Source of the DNA: a bacterium
Lineage (GTDB): Bacteria; Zixibacteria; MSB-5A5; GN15; FEB-12
DNA length: 64,000 bases
Reading direction: 5' to 3'
Assembly (NCBI GenBank): GCA_030605565.1
Contig: JAUWIB010000089.1
Location: forward strand, 76,197 to 140,196
A program made the translations under genes and the position numbers. The notes under the pieces were generated by a model. It had not been told where the DNA came from and made no database searches. It worked only from the letters and a program-made list of their open reading frames with translations. Positions 9,759 through 20,222 of the stretch are shown here, piece after piece. Numbering within the stretch: the first letter of the stretch is position 1; every line of letters begins with the position of its first letter.

Positions 9759-10529
9759 ATGGCTGAGCGTAACATCAAACTGACCATTGAGTACGACGGC
9801 GCCGCCTACGCCGGCTGGCAGATGCAGTCCGACACGCGCACGGTGCAGGGGGAAATCACCGAGGCCGTCAGGAAGATAACCGGATGCGACGTCAACCTGA
9901 TCGGCGCCGGGCGTACCGATGCCGGGGTGCATGCGCTGGGCCAGGTGGCTAATTTTGTCATCGACCATCACTTGCCGCCGCCAAAGTACCGCGAGGCGCT
10001 CAACCACTATCTCGATGAGGACATTGTCATACTGCAGGCTGAGGAGGTGGCGCCGGATTTCCACGCTCGGTTCTCCGCCCGTCATAAGAGGTACCGTTAT
10101 CTGATCGGACGTCAAAGATCGGCGATCAATCGTCACTTGCGCTGGGTCCGGGAACGCCCATTGGACACCACGCGGCTAAGAAGCGCGGCTGAGGTTGTCA
10201 TGGGTGAGCATGACTTCAGTCCCTTCTGTGTGACGGGCTCGCTCAAGAAAGACAATCTCTGCACCATTGAGTATTCACGTTGGTTTGATCTGGGGACTAT
10301 GTTGGTCTACGAAATCCGCGGCAACCGCTTTCTGCACCACATGGTGCGGGGGCTGGTGGGAGCGATGGTGAACCTGGCGACGATAGAGCCGGATAGAAAC
10401 AAGCATAACTTGACTTTGGAGTCCTTCGGGGATATCATAAAAAACGCTACTGCCGAACGTGTTGTGTTCACTGCTCCGGCCACCGGGTTGTACCTTGTTT
10501 CGGTCGGATATGACGAAGGAAAGGCCTGA
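9759..10529 (+). CDS. truA: tRNA pseudouridine(38-40) synthase TruA
   Basis: The catalytic motif [15 protein letters not shown] is present. The 256-aa length is typical. Confidence 0.9.
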   Translation: MAERNIKLTIEYDGAAYAGWQMQSDTRTVQGEITEAVRKITGCDVNLIGAGRTDAGVHALGQVANFVIDHHLPPPKYREALNHYLDEDIVILQAEEVAPDFHARFSARHKRYRYLIGRQRSAINRHLRWVRERPLDTTRLRSAAEVVMGEHDFSPFCVTGSLKKDNLCTIEYSRWFDLGTMLVYEIRGNRFLHHMVRGLVGAMVNLATIEPDRNKHNLTLESFGDIIKNATAERVVFTAPATGLYLVSVGYDEGKA

Positions 10530-11176
10530 TGAAATTCTTTATTGATACCGCCAATCTCGACGAAATCAAATCCGCCGCCGCTATGGGAGTGCTCGACGGC
10601 GTTACCACCAACCCCTCGCTGGCCGCCAAAGAGACAATGCCATACCGCGAACTGCTGGCCGAAATCTGCAAGATCGTATCGGGACCGGTGTCGGCTGAAG
10701 TGCTGGCCACCGAGCATGACGGCATGTTGAAAGAAGCCGAAGAACTGGCCGCCATCGCGGACAATATAGTAGTGAAAATCCCGACTATCCTCGAAGGGCT
10801 CAAAGCCATCAAGAGTCTCACCGAACGCGGCATTAACACCAACGCCACGCTGGTTTTTTCGCCGTCGCAGGCGTTACTGGTAGCGAAGGCTGGGGCAATG
10901 TTTGTCTCGCCGTTCATCGGTCGCCTGGACGATATCTCTTCGGACGGCATGGAGTTGATCAGCCGCATTCTCACGATTTATCGCAACTACGATTTCGAGA
11001 CCGAGGTGCTGGTAGCCTCATCGCGTCACCCCATGCATGTCGTGGAATCCGCTCTGATGGGTGCGGATATCGTAACGATGCCCTACGACGTGATTGCCAA
11101 GCTCATCAAGCATCCGTTGACCGATATCGGTTTGGCGAAATTCCTCGCCGATTACAAGAAGGCGGCCAAGGGCTGA
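10529..11176 (+). CDS. tal: Short transaldolase / fructose-6-phosphate aldolase family protein
   Basis: The sequence [14 protein letters not shown]...GVTTNPSL...VKIP matches the family. The 215-aa length fits the short Tal/Fsa subfamily. Confidence 0.9.
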   Translation: MKFFIDTANLDEIKSAAAMGVLDGVTTNPSLAAKETMPYRELLAEICKIVSGPVSAEVLATEHDGMLKEAEELAAIADNIVVKIPTILEGLKAIKSLTERGINTNATLVFSPSQALLVAKAGAMFVSPFIGRLDDISSDGMELISRILTIYRNYDFETEVLVASSRHPMHVVESALMGADIVTMPYDVIAKLIKHPLTDIGLAKFLADYKKAAKG

Positions 11177-12471
11177 TGATAGAAAGATACACACTGCCGG
11201 AAATGGGGGCGCTGTGGGGTGATGAGGCCAAGTTTCGCTCCTGGCTGGAGGTCGAGATCGAAGCCGCCCGCGCTATGGCTAAGCATAAACTGATTCCGGC
11301 CAAAGCGGTCAAGGTTATCGAGAAAAAGGCGGATTTCGATATCGATCGTATCAACGAGATTGAAGCGGAAGTTGATCACGACGTCATAGCTTTTCTGACA
11401 TCGGTTTCCGAGTTCGTCGGGGAGGAGGCGAAGTATCTCCATTTCGGCATGACCTCGTCCGACATGCTCGATACCGCACTGGCGCTGACGCTCAAACGGG
11501 CCTCGGCTATTATCGACAAGAAGCTCGTCACCGCGATTAAGCAGATCAGATCGCTGGCGCTTAAGCATAAGAAGACCCTGTGCATGGGACGAACCCACGG
11601 TGTGCTCGCCGAGCCGACCACCGCTGGGCTGAAATTCGCCGTTTGGTATACCGAACTGAGCCGGCGGCGGGCGATGTTTAAGAGAGCCACCGAAGGTATC
11701 TCGGTCGGCATGATTTCGGGTGCGGTAGGGAATTTCGCTAACCTCGACCCCATGATTGAAACGGAAGTGTGTCGTCGACTCAAGCTGCGCCCGGCTGAGG
11801 TGTCGACTCAGGTGATTCAGCGAGATCGCCATGCCGAGTACCTGACATCGCTGGCCTTGGTAGCTACATCCATGGAGAAATTCGCAACTGAGATTCGCAA
11901 CTTGCAGCGCACCGAGATAGGTGAGATGGCTGAGGGGTTCACCAAAGGCCAGAAAGGTTCATCGGCCATGCCGCACAAAAAGAACCCGATCACGGCTGAG
12001 CGAATCACCGGCATAGCGCGTCTGTTGCGCGGCTATTCGCTGGCGGCCATGGAGAACGTACCGCTATGGCATGAGCGGGATATCGCGCACTCCTCAGTGG
12101 AGCGGGTTATCCTGCCGGATGCGACGACTGTCCTTGACTATGGGCTGCAAAAGTTTATCGGCCTCCTGAGCGGGTTAGTCGTAGACCGTAAGAGGATGCT
12201 GGAGAATATTTATTATAAAGGCGGCGTGGTCTTCTCACAGCGGTTGCTGCTTAAGCTGACCGGCCCGGTTGGCTCGCGCGATCAAGCCTATCGCATGGTT
12301 CAACACCATGCCATGGCCGCGGTGGCCGGGCGAGGACTGTTTCAAGAAAACGTCTCGAGTGATCCGGACATTGGAAAATACTTGAGTAAACGCGAGATCG
12401 ACGAATGTTTCGACCTGGCGTACTACATGCGCCATGTCGATGCCGTTTTCAAGCGAGTGTTTGGAAAATGA
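11176..12471 (+). CDS. purB: Adenylosuccinate lyase PurB
   Basis: The fumarate-lyase family signature GSSAMPHKKNP is present. The 431-aa length and N-terminus [10 protein letters not shown] are typical. Confidence 0.95.
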   Translation: MIERYTLPEMGALWGDEAKFRSWLEVEIEAARAMAKHKLIPAKAVKVIEKKADFDIDRINEIEAEVDHDVIAFLTSVSEFVGEEAKYLHFGMTSSDMLDTALALTLKRASAIIDKKLVTAIKQIRSLALKHKKTLCMGRTHGVLAEPTTAGLKFAVWYTELSRRRAMFKRATEGISVGMISGAVGNFANLDPMIETEVCRRLKLRPAEVSTQVIQRDRHAEYLTSLALVATSMEKFATEIRNLQRTEIGEMAEGFTKGQKGSSAMPHKKNPITAERITGIARLLRGYSLAAMENVPLWHERDIAHSSVERVILPDATTVLDYGLQKFIGLLSGLVVDRKRMLENIYYKGGVVFSQRLLLKLTGPVGSRDQAYRMVQHHAMAAVAGRGLFQENVSSDPDIGKYLSKREIDECFDLAYYMRHVDAVFKRVFGK

Positions 12472-13172
12472 TCGCACGCGAAGGTCTGGTATTCATATTC
12501 ATCGGGCTGGTCGGCACGCTAGGGCTGGCGCTGTTGTCGACCTGGTGGGATAGCCGCATAGTGGCGGCTCTGGCTGCCCTGGCCGCTCTGCTGACGGTGT
12601 TCACCATCTTTTTCTTTCGTGATCCTGAGCGCAGTTTTGACGATCAGCCCGGCATGCTGATCTCCCCGGCTGATGGCCGTGTCCTTGGCGTTGAGAAGAT
12701 CGGTCACCACGATTTCATCGGTGGCGATGCTGTGAAGGTGTCGATTTTCATGTCGATCCTCGACGTACACGTCAACCGCATACCGGCTGACGGTACGGTG
12801 GAATATGTGAAGTACAACCCCGGCAAGTTCTTCAAGGCATTTCTTGATAAGGCATCGGATGAAAACGAAAACACCGAGATCGGGATTATTACATCCTCCG
12901 GACATCGTCTGGTCGTGAAGCAGATTGCGGGAATAATCGCGCGTCGCATTGTGTGTCATTTGAAGCAAGGTGACACTGTTGAGGCCGGAGCGCGTTTCGG
13001 GATGATCCGGTTCGGCTCGCGCGCCGAGCTTTACGTCTCGGCCGATTCTGATATTCGCGTGACCACGGGCGACCATGTTAAAGGGGGGGCGACTGTGATC
13101 GGTTTCCTGCCGGGAGCAGTCGACCAAGCCGGCTCTTTCGATTCCAAACAGGCAAAGAATGTCGAACTATAG
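12468..13172 (+). CDS. psd: Phosphatidylserine decarboxylase proenzyme (short type)
   Basis: An N-terminal TM pair and the FGSRAE self-cleavage-type motif near the C-terminus are present. The ATG at 12468 overlaps the purB TGA. The ORF-track start at 12405 would read through the purB 3' end. Confidence 0.85.
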   Translation: MIAREGLVFIFIGLVGTLGLALLSTWWDSRIVAALAALAALLTVFTIFFFRDPERSFDDQPGMLISPADGRVLGVEKIGHHDFIGGDAVKVSIFMSILDVHVNRIPADGTVEYVKYNPGKFFKAFLDKASDENENTEIGIITSSGHRLVVKQIAGIIARRIVCHLKQGDTVEAGARFGMIRFGSRAELYVSADSDIRVTTGDHVKGGATVIGFLPGAVDQAGSFDSKQAKNVEL

Positions 13173-13917
13173 AGGTATCTTTCCCGGCACCTTTACCATG
13201 GGCAACGTCGTCTGTGGTTTTCTGGCCATTCTGTCCGCTTTCGAGGGCAATATCACTACCGCCTGCTGGCTGATAATTCTGGCGGCGTTCCTGGATGCCC
13301 TTGACGGCAAGGTGGCGCGGTTGAGCGGCGGCTCTTCCCAGTTTGGGGTGGAGCTTGATTCCCTGGCCGATTTTCTGTCATTCGGGGTGGCGCCGGCTGT
13401 GGTGGTTTATGCCATCAAGTTGAGTGATCTGGGTAAATGGGGATGGTTGGTCTCTGTCGTCTATATTATGGCGGCATCATATCGTCTGGCTCGGTTCAAT
13501 CTGTTGGCCGAGACGGAGGAGAAGAAGGATTTCGTCGGTTTACCGGTGCCGGCCGCGGCCGTGGCGATGGTGTCTTACATTATCTTCTGCGATGAGATTT
13601 GGGGTGAGCTCCATTTTGACCGGATTCTGGTATCGATGATTATCCTGTTTGCGTTTCTCATGGTCTCGCAAGTACGGTACGACTCGCTCCCGGATAATTT
13701 CACTAATCCGGAAAACCGCACTAAGTTGGTGGTGCTCCTGGTTGCGGCGGCGGCGATACTTTTCCGGCCCAGACTGTTGTTGTTTCCATTTTGCGGCAGC
13801 TATATATTGTTCGGCGTAGTCAGGGAGTTCTTCCGGCTGTTCGGCCGCAGTGTCGGTCGCGTGGCCGGTCGGCAGCACTTGAGGCGTCGAAGCGACAGGA
13901 AAGGTTTGGATGAGTGA
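13159..13917 (+). CDS. pssA: CDP-diacylglycerol--serine O-phosphatidyltransferase
   Basis: The CDP-alcohol phosphatidyltransferase motif DALDGKVARL-x8-GVELDSLAD is present. The protein is polytopic and is adjacent to psd. Confidence 0.85.
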   Translation: MSNYRGIFPGTFTMGNVVCGFLAILSAFEGNITTACWLIILAAFLDALDGKVARLSGGSSQFGVELDSLADFLSFGVAPAVVVYAIKLSDLGKWGWLVSVVYIMAASYRLARFNLLAETEEKKDFVGLPVPAAAVAMVSYIIFCDEIWGELHFDRILVSMIILFAFLMVSQVRYDSLPDNFTNPENRTKLVVLLVAAAAILFRPRLLLFPFCGSYILFGVVREFFRLFGRSVGRVAGRQHLRRRSDRKGLDE

Positions 13918-14158
13918 CAACAAGAAAGTAGTTGTTTACGTAAGACTCAAAGACGGTGTTCTGGACCCTCAGGGTGTTACGATCCACAAGGCGCTGATCC
14001 AGATGGGATATACCGATTTCGTTTCAGTGCGTTCCGGCCGGTTCTTTGAGTTGGAGATTGATGACAGCGGCGGTGATATCGATCGTAAGATCGATGAAGT
14101 CTGTTCGAAGCTGTTGGCTAATCCGGTTATCGAGAAGTACGTAGTGGAGAAAGCTTAG
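13910..14158 (+). CDS. purS: Phosphoribosylformylglycinamidine synthase subunit PurS
   Basis: The 82-aa protein ([12 protein letters not shown]...) lies directly upstream of purQ. Confidence 0.85.
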   Translation: MSDNKKVVVYVRLKDGVLDPQGVTIHKALIQMGYTDFVSVRSGRFFELEIDDSGGDIDRKIDEVCSKLLANPVIEKYVVEKA

Positions 14159-14871
14159 TGAAAGTCGGCGTGGTCACATTCCCCGGTTCTAACTGCGACT
14201 ACGATTCGTACACGGCCGTAAAGCATATTCTTAAAGAGGAAGTCGAGTTTCTGTGGCACAAATCAACCGACCTGGTCGGCTCTGATCTGGTCATTCTGCC
14301 CGGTGGGTTTGCCTATGGCGACTACCTCAGGGCCGGCGCCATCGCGCGTTTTTCGCCGATAATGGAGGAGGTTGTCAAGTTCGCTTATTCCGGCGGGATG
14401 GTTATCGGTATCTGCAATGGCTTCCAGGTGCTGACCGAGTGCGGCTTGCTTCCGGGCGCCCTTATGCGCAATCATCATCTTCGTTTCAGTTGTAAGTTTG
14501 TCTACCTGCGGGTAGAGGACAATACGGGGCGGTTCACCAACGCTTGTCGCAAACACGAGGTTCTTAAGATTCCGATCGCGCACGGAGAAGGGAACTACTT
14601 CTACCATGACGATGAGGTCCGCGAACTGGAGGAGAATGGGCAGGTGGTTTTTCGTTACGTCGACCGGACGGGTGAGGTCACTGACGAGGCCAACCCCAAC
14701 GGGTCATTGAACAATATCGCCGGGATAGTCAATCGCGAGGGCAACGTTTTGGGAATGATGCCGCATCCTGAGCGAGCAGTGGAAAGTATCATCGGTTCGG
14801 TGGATGGGCTCAAGGTGTTCGAGTCGGTAAGGGCTGCCTGTGTTCAGGTGGCCGGGGCAGGTGGTAAATGA
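14158..14871 (+). CDS. purQ: Phosphoribosylformylglycinamidine synthase glutaminase subunit PurQ
   Basis: [19 protein letters not shown] (nucleophile Cys) and MPHPER (His/Glu) are present. Confidence 0.95.
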   Translation: MKVGVVTFPGSNCDYDSYTAVKHILKEEVEFLWHKSTDLVGSDLVILPGGFAYGDYLRAGAIARFSPIMEEVVKFAYSGGMVIGICNGFQVLTECGLLPGALMRNHHLRFSCKFVYLRVEDNTGRFTNACRKHEVLKIPIAHGEGNYFYHDDEVRELEENGQVVFRYVDRTGEVTDEANPNGSLNNIAGIVNREGNVLGMMPHPERAVESIIGSVDGLKVFESVRAACVQVAGAGGK

Positions 14872-15134
14872 AGAAGCGCGAAGTCACGTTTATTGTAATT
14901 GCCCTCATTCTGGGGTCGGTTTTTGGAGGGTTGGTCGGTGATATTATCGGGACGTTTCTGCCGCCGGGCGCCGCCAAGACGCTTTTCACCAAATCGATTG
15001 AGATCGGATGCGATACCTTTAAGGTTGATTTTTACGCCATTTCCGTTACCTTTGGATTGACCTTGAAGATTAACTTCATGTCGGTGCTGGTAGTGCTGCT
15101 GGTCATTGTTTATTTCCGATGGTGGTACTTATAG
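14868..15134 (+). CDS. Small two-TM membrane protein (DUF4321-like)
   Basis: This is an 88-aa protein with a hydrophobic N- and C-terminus. It resembles the DUF4321 pattern (GGLVGDIIG...[24 protein letters not shown]). The family assignment is from memory only. Confidence 0.5.
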   Translation: MKKREVTFIVIALILGSVFGGLVGDIIGTFLPPGAAKTLFTKSIEIGCDTFKVDFYAISVTFGLTLKINFMSVLVVLLVIVYFRWWYL

Positions 15135-15161
15135 CCTGCCTGACGGTTTGAGAGGTGTTCC

Positions 15162-15401
15162 ATGTTTGGCTTGGGTTGGCCGGAATTATTGCTGATATTT
15201 GTGGCGGTACTTTTGTTGTTTGGCGCCAAGAGGCTGCCCGAAATCGCATCGGGGCTGGGCAAGGGGATTCGTGAGTTTAAAAAGTCGGTCAAGGAGACGA
15301 CGGACGAATTGAAGGGCTCTCTCGACGACGCGCCGAGCAGCACACCGACCACAAAAGTCGATCCGCCGCCGAGTTCCGACAGCAACAAGAAATCCGAGTG
15401 A
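15162..15401 (+). CDS. tatA: Twin-arginine translocase subunit TatA/E
   Basis: [41 protein letters not shown] is the canonical TatA N-terminus. Confidence 0.9.
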   Translation: MFGLGWPELLLIFVAVLLLFGAKRLPEIASGLGKGIREFKKSVKETTDELKGSLDDAPSSTPTTKVDPPPSSDSNKKSE

Positions 15402-15425
15402 CAGTTTACCAGGTGTTGCTGCTCC

Positions 15426-15881
15426 ATGAGTGCTAACTTCGACAAAAGCGATGCCGACAAGATCGGCGCCGTACTCGCCGCTGAGGCGGTCAGTTTCGAG
15501 ACCGATCATTACCGCATCAAGCTGGTCAACGAAGAGGACCGGCGATCTCTGGTGTTACAGGTATATCCCGAGGTGACGCTCGGCAAGTCGCGCGGCATGC
15601 TGGTGGTCGTGTACACCGGCAACTCACACCTGCAATTGCACAACTGTACCGGGTATGTAGTCTCCGATGAACTGGGCGAGGTGACGTTCGTTTCTGAGAA
15701 GCCCGAGCAGTTGTCCGGACTGGTTGTGGAGCGTGGGGCGTCATGTTCACTCTATGGCGGCATGAGCCGCGAGTTGATCTCATCCGATTTTACCCAGCTC
15801 GGCGTTGAGGCGATGCTCTCCGGTGTCGCCATGTCGCTGGTGGAGGATATCCTGTCTACGGACGAGGATTCGTCCGAGTAG
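15426..15881 (+). CDS. Hypothetical protein
   Basis: A 151-aa ORF on the same strand, 24 nt after tatA. I recognise no motif. Confidence 0.5.
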   Translation: MSANFDKSDADKIGAVLAAEAVSFETDHYRIKLVNEEDRRSLVLQVYPEVTLGKSRGMLVVVYTGNSHLQLHNCTGYVVSDELGEVTFVSEKPEQLSGLVVERGASCSLYGGMSRELISSDFTQLGVEAMLSGVAMSLVEDILSTDEDSSE

Positions 15882-15928
15882 GCCTTCTTGTACTTCCTCA
15901 GCATTCCTACTTAAGGCGGGGTTAGTCC

Positions 15929-16015
15929 GGTAGGTCGAAACCCCTGATCCGAAGGATCGCCGCAGGCGGGTTTCGACAATTGACAAACACACCCTTCGAC
16001 TCCGCTCAGGGTGAC
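15929..16015. repeat. REP-like hairpin cluster (GGTAGGTCGAAACCCC...GGGTTTCGAC unit plus CCCTTCGACTCCGCTCAGGGTGAC unit)
   Basis: The same two units recur together at 41379-41442. The second unit also occurs at 35531-35554 in inverted orientation. Confidence 0.8.
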
Positions 16016-16122
16016 ACTCTGTGAAGGGTGCTCCACCAACGATGATGGGTGTCCAGCGATGAAAAGAGGCCGCTGCGATCTGCTCGCAACGACCCTACTT
16101 GTAACTGACTCGTTGTGTTGTC

Positions 16123-18657
16123 TTAATTCTTGCCGGCAAACGCTTCCACGAAATCCTTCAAGTCATACATGATATCAGTGGCCTTCTGGTACCGTTCAGC
16201 CGGGTCCTTCTTGAGGCACCGATCGATGATGCGGTCGAACAACAACGGCACCTGCGGATTGATATTCGACGGTTTCTGCGGTTCCTGGTGTAGGATGGAG
16301 TAAATCAGCGACGTTATGTTCTCACCCTTGAACGGGCGCCGTCCTAACAGCAGTTCGTACATCACTACGCCGAGACTGAACAGATCAGCCCGTTGGTCGG
16401 GCGCCTGTCCCTTGAGTTGTTCCGGCGACATGTAATTGGGCGTGCCCATTGCGATGCCGGTCTTGGTCATGGAACTTGATTCCACACGGGCGATGCCGTA
16501 ATCCATCACCTTGGCGCGGTAGTCTTTCAGAATCATGATGTTGGCCGGTTTGATGTCTCGATGCACAATACCCTGCTGGTGAGCGTATTCAAGAGCGGAG
16601 CAGATCTGCATGATGATTTCGGCGATGATCCGGTAGTTGAACTTCGTCTTCTTCTTGATCATATCCTCAAGAGTACGCCCCTCGAGGTATTCCATCGCGA
16701 TGTACTGAAGGTGGCCCTCACTCCCTACATCATAGATAGTAACGATGTTGGGATGCGAGAGTTTACCGGCCGCCTGTGCTTCCCGGTGGAGTCGTTCTTT
16801 AAGTTCGGCCATCTCCTCCGGGTCGGTGACGAAGTCGAGCCGGATCGTCTTGAGCGCCACCGGTCGGTTGATAGCCGGATCGACACCGCGGTATACTGTG
16901 CCCATGGCGCCCTTGCCGAGGATACCGGTGATCTGATAACGACCGAGGTTCTTGAGTTCGCTTTGCTGCGGAAGTAGCGCGGATTCTAACGGTGCGTCGA
17001 ATATCCCGGAATCATCAGGCGACACCGGAGCCTCACCAGCGCTGGACGATGACGTCGCTGGCGCCTTCTCGGAACCTGACTCAGTCGGCTCGGGCGAGAT
17101 GATTTCCGGACCAGCGTCGGCGTCCAATGAGATGTCGCCGTCTATGGTGCGCTCCAGGGAATCGTGTGCCGACGGCTGGACACCATCGGCTGACGTGACT
17201 GTCGTCTGGTCGGCCGAGTTATCGATATCGATAGCTTGGTGATCAGTGACACCCGGAAGGCTGTCATCCATACTGAGGACAGCAGTCTCTTGACTATTCG
17301 GATCATTGCTGCCGGCCACGATTTCACGAACGGGGATCGGTGTAACCGGTGCTGGTTGACCCCTGGCGGGTCTGGAGGTGGCTTTAGTTCTTGGTCCGAA
17401 AGCTTTAGCACCACTTGTTTCGGCAGTGCCGGCCAGCAAGCTGGACTCAAGCATGGCGGCGGCAAACATGAACAGGATCAACTCCAGGCCGAAATAGACT
17501 GTCGTTGGTGCTACATTGAAGGAACTAATCATGAAGTAGTTGACATTGCCCACCAGTACCAAACCGCCGACCAGGATGACGATGCGATACAACAGTGAAA
17601 CCTGGGGCAGAACGAAAGCGCAAATTGCGCCCAGGAAAAACAGGAGAATCATATTCAAGCCGGTACGTTCATCCTTTACGTCCAGCAGGTTCTCATTGAT
17701 GATGTTCTCAATCACGCCGGCCGTAACGAGGTACTTGGGTGTGGCTTCTTCGATCGGCGTACGGAAAGCCTCAGTTATGGACGGATCGTCCACCGCCACC
17801 AGAACGACCTTGTTCTTGAGCGCACTGAAATCAAAGCCGTCCTCCAGAACCTCCGCGGCCGAATACCGCTTGAAGGTGGCGGCGGAATAGTGTCGGATAA
17901 AACCGGCGCTCGTGTTATTGATCGGGATTACACATTGACTACCGACATGGATCACTTCTTTCTCGATGACCTTGACGTCGTCAGTCGATACTCCCAGAAA
18001 GATTGCAGCCGCAAGTAGCGACATTGATGGGTAGTAGTAGCCTTCATAGTTCATTACCAACGGTTGATGTCTCAGCACTCGATCTTCATCCGGCATCGTG
18101 TAATTGAAGCCAAGGTAAGGGTCGTGTTCCAGTAGTTTCTCAGCCGGTAAGAACACTTTTCTGACCTGGAGGCTGGCGTCCTCATCCATCAAACCCAACG
18201 GATTGTCGACGGCCAGGGAGTAATTGAACAGGTGATCCGGGTTATTGGTCTTGCTGCTGCGATAGGTGGCCAGGGCGATGTCGTATGGTAAGATGACGTT
18301 CTCCATCCACGAAAGCTGCCCGGCAAAAACGGCGGTAAAGCCTGCGGAATCCTGATAGGCGTTTTCGCTGAGATCGAAGTCGGCCAGGATGACTTTCGGT
18401 TCGCCGGAGGCCGCAGCGGCGAGCAGATCGGCGGCCAAGTCGCGATTCCACGGCCAGGACCCGTACTTATCCTGAGTTCGGCCGTCGATGGCCACAATGA
18501 CAACATTGGGCCGGTTGCCCTCGGGGGTGGTCATGGCGACAAACTGATCGGTCATCGTTTGCTGCAGGCTTTGCAGCGGACCGAAATCGTTAACGTACAG
18601 GATCACCACAAAAACGGAGATCAGAAGAAAAAGCACGTATGAAGAATACTTGCTCAT
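16123..18657 (-). CDS. Membrane Ser/Thr protein kinase with N-terminal CHASE2 sensor domain
   Basis: The N-terminus has a CHASE2-like region (VVIVAIDGRTQDKYGSWPWNRD) followed by TM helices and a low-complexity linker. The C-terminal Hanks kinase carries GKGAMGTVY, VALK, HRDIKPANIM, DYGIA and SPEQ. Confidence 0.85.
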   Translation of the reverse strand: MSKYSSYVLFLLISVFVVILYVNDFGPLQSLQQTMTDQFVAMTTPEGNRPNVVIVAIDGRTQDKYGSWPWNRDLAADLLAAAASGEPKVILADFDLSENAYQDSAGFTAVFAGQLSWMENVILPYDIALATYRSSKTNNPDHLFNYSLAVDNPLGLMDEDASLQVRKVFLPAEKLLEHDPYLGFNYTMPDEDRVLRHQPLVMNYEGYYYPSMSLLAAAIFLGVSTDDVKVIEKEVIHVGSQCVIPINNTSAGFIRHYSAATFKRYSAAEVLEDGFDFSALKNKVVLVAVDDPSITEAFRTPIEEATPKYLVTAGVIENIINENLLDVKDERTGLNMILLFFLGAICAFVLPQVSLLYRIVILVGGLVLVGNVNYFMISSFNVAPTTVYFGLELILFMFAAAMLESSLLAGTAETSGAKAFGPRTKATSRPARGQPAPVTPIPVREIVAGSNDPNSQETAVLSMDDSLPGVTDHQAIDIDNSADQTTVTSADGVQPSAHDSLERTIDGDISLDADAGPEIISPEPTESGSEKAPATSSSSAGEAPVSPDDSGIFDAPLESALLPQQSELKNLGRYQITGILGKGAMGTVYRGVDPAINRPVALKTIRLDFVTDPEEMAELKERLHREAQAAGKLSHPNIVTIYDVGSEGHLQYIAMEYLEGRTLEDMIKKKTKFNYRIIAEIIMQICSALEYAHQQGIVHRDIKPANIMILKDYRAKVMDYGIARVESSSMTKTGIAMGTPNYMSPEQLKGQAPDQRADLFSLGVVMYELLLGRRPFKGENITSLIYSILHQEPQKPSNINPQVPLLFDRIIDRCLKKDPAERYQKATDIMYDLKDFVEAFAGKN

Positions 18658-18669
18658 GTTCTACCCTTC

Positions 18670-19398
18670 TCAGATTCCTGCCGACAGACGGCTAATCAAT
18701 GTTTCCGGCAGACTGGCTTTACTCATCTTGCGTTGAGCGGTCGCAATGTCATACTCGACACGATGAAATTCTACGTCTCGCTCGTCGGACTCATAGACGA
18801 CGTAGCAGGCACGCGGGTCATTGTCACGCGGCTGTCCGACCGAGCCCACGTTGATCAAATAGCGGCCTTCCGGATCGGCGACGAAAGTGTGCCCGGTCCG
18901 CACGTGGGGCAGGCTGTCCGGCCTTTCCCTCAGGATCATGGGAATATGTGAATGTCCAAAGAAACCGAGATCCTGCTTCATCTGCCCGAATCCACGGATG
19001 GCGTCTTCAGCGGCAAAGACGTAGTGCCATCGGTCCGGCTCGAACGGTGAAGCGTGTACCAGGTACATATCATCGAGGGCGCGGTCAAGATTGAAATCGG
19101 CCATAATGGCTACAGCGTCTTCAGTGAGTGTCTGCTGTGTCCATTCAGCAGCAGCCTTGGCAGCCTCGTTGAATTGTTCCACTGACTGCAGACCAAGCGC
19201 CGCATACTCGTGGTTGCCGATGAGCTTGGTGTCACAGGTCTGCTGGATCAGTTTCAAACAGGCCTCGGGATCGGCCCCGTAGCCGACCACGTCACCTAGA
19301 CAGTGGATGCTGTCAACCCTCTGTTTCTCCAAATCACTCAGAACGGCAATGAGTGCTTCCAGGTTGGCGTGGATATCGGAGATCAACCCATACTTCAT
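18670..19398 (-). CDS. Metallophosphoesterase (PPP-like phosphatase/phosphodiesterase)
   Basis: The motifs SDIHAN (DxH), GDVVGYG (GDxx..G), GNHE and GHSH are present. The gene is translationally coupled to the FHA gene upstream and lies 12 nt from the kinase start. Confidence 0.85.
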   Translation of the reverse strand: MKYGLISDIHANLEALIAVLSDLEKQRVDSIHCLGDVVGYGADPEACLKLIQQTCDTKLIGNHEYAALGLQSVEQFNEAAKAAAEWTQQTLTEDAVAIMADFNLDRALDDMYLVHASPFEPDRWHYVFAAEDAIRGFGQMKQDLGFFGHSHIPMILRERPDSLPHVRTGHTFVADPEGRYLINVGSVGQPRDNDPRACYVVYESDERDVEFHRVEYDIATAQRKMSKASLPETLISRLSAGI

Positions 19399-20162
19399 CA
19401 GTTCTTGCCTTCGACGAATTTGAAAGTGGTCTTGCCGACCGTGATCAGATCACCGTTCTTTAGAACACACTGGCTCGTTACGTCGCCATTGACTTTGACC
19501 TTACCTGATTTGCCGAGGTTAACCAGCGAGAAGATCTGGTCCTCCTGGACGATCTTGGCCTGAATGCCCGACAGCCAAAAGCCCTTGGCCCTTATATGCA
19601 CGAACTTGGCTTTACCGATGGTTGAAACTTCACGATCCAGGCGGTGCTCGGCAAAGTCGGCGTTCTCCATACCGAGCAGGACAGAACCGCCGTACTTCTC
19701 GACGATTTGTCGTTCCATCCGGTCGGTTTCCAGCAGCTTCTTCTGTTGCTTGGTGTTGAGCACCATAGTGCCGTCGAAGTTGGCTGCCTCGCCACCCTCG
19801 TTCGTGGTCTCGGTATTGTAGACCAGTGAGTACTTGCCGATCGTGATGACGTCCTGATCGCGTAGCACCTCTTCGGATACCTTGCGACTATTCACGAAAG
19901 TGCCGTTGAGCGACTCGTTGTCGATGAGGACGGCGGCCTTGTCGTTAAACTCGATCATGGCGTGTTTGCGCGAGACACCGCGGTTTTCCAGAACAATATC
20001 GTTTTCGTTACCGCGACCGATGGAGATACGCTTCTTCTCCGTGACGATCCGCTCGATGACTTTGTCCTCGTACTTAACAGTAATCTCCGGCATGGGGAAA
20101 CCCTTTCGTATGTGGACCGAACCTCTTTTTTCTGCGCGTAACTCTATACCAGCCTTGGCCAT
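19398..20162 (-). CDS. FHA domain protein (two FHA-like modules)
   Basis: The N-terminal FHA module reads ISIGRGNENDIVLENRGVSRKHAMIEF...NGTFVN. A second FHA-like module lies at the C-terminus (STIGKAKFVHIRAKG...GDLITVGKTTFKF). An alternative start is ATG 20093 (MPEITVKY), which has a better upstream GAAAGGG. Confidence 0.85.
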   Translation of the reverse strand: MAKAGIELRAEKRGSVHIRKGFPMPEITVKYEDKVIERIVTEKKRISIGRGNENDIVLENRGVSRKHAMIEFNDKAAVLIDNESLNGTFVNSRKVSEEVLRDQDVITIGKYSLVYNTETTNEGGEAANFDGTMVLNTKQQKKLLETDRMERQIVEKYGGSVLLGMENADFAEHRLDREVSTIGKAKFVHIRAKGFWLSGIQAKIVQEDQIFSLVNLGKSGKVKVNGDVTSQCVLKNGDLITVGKTTFKFVEGKN

Positions 20163-20222
20163 CCCATGTCAGTATCGGCACACGAGCTTGTCGTGGGCCG
20201 AAGGCATGCTTATATTGTCGGC

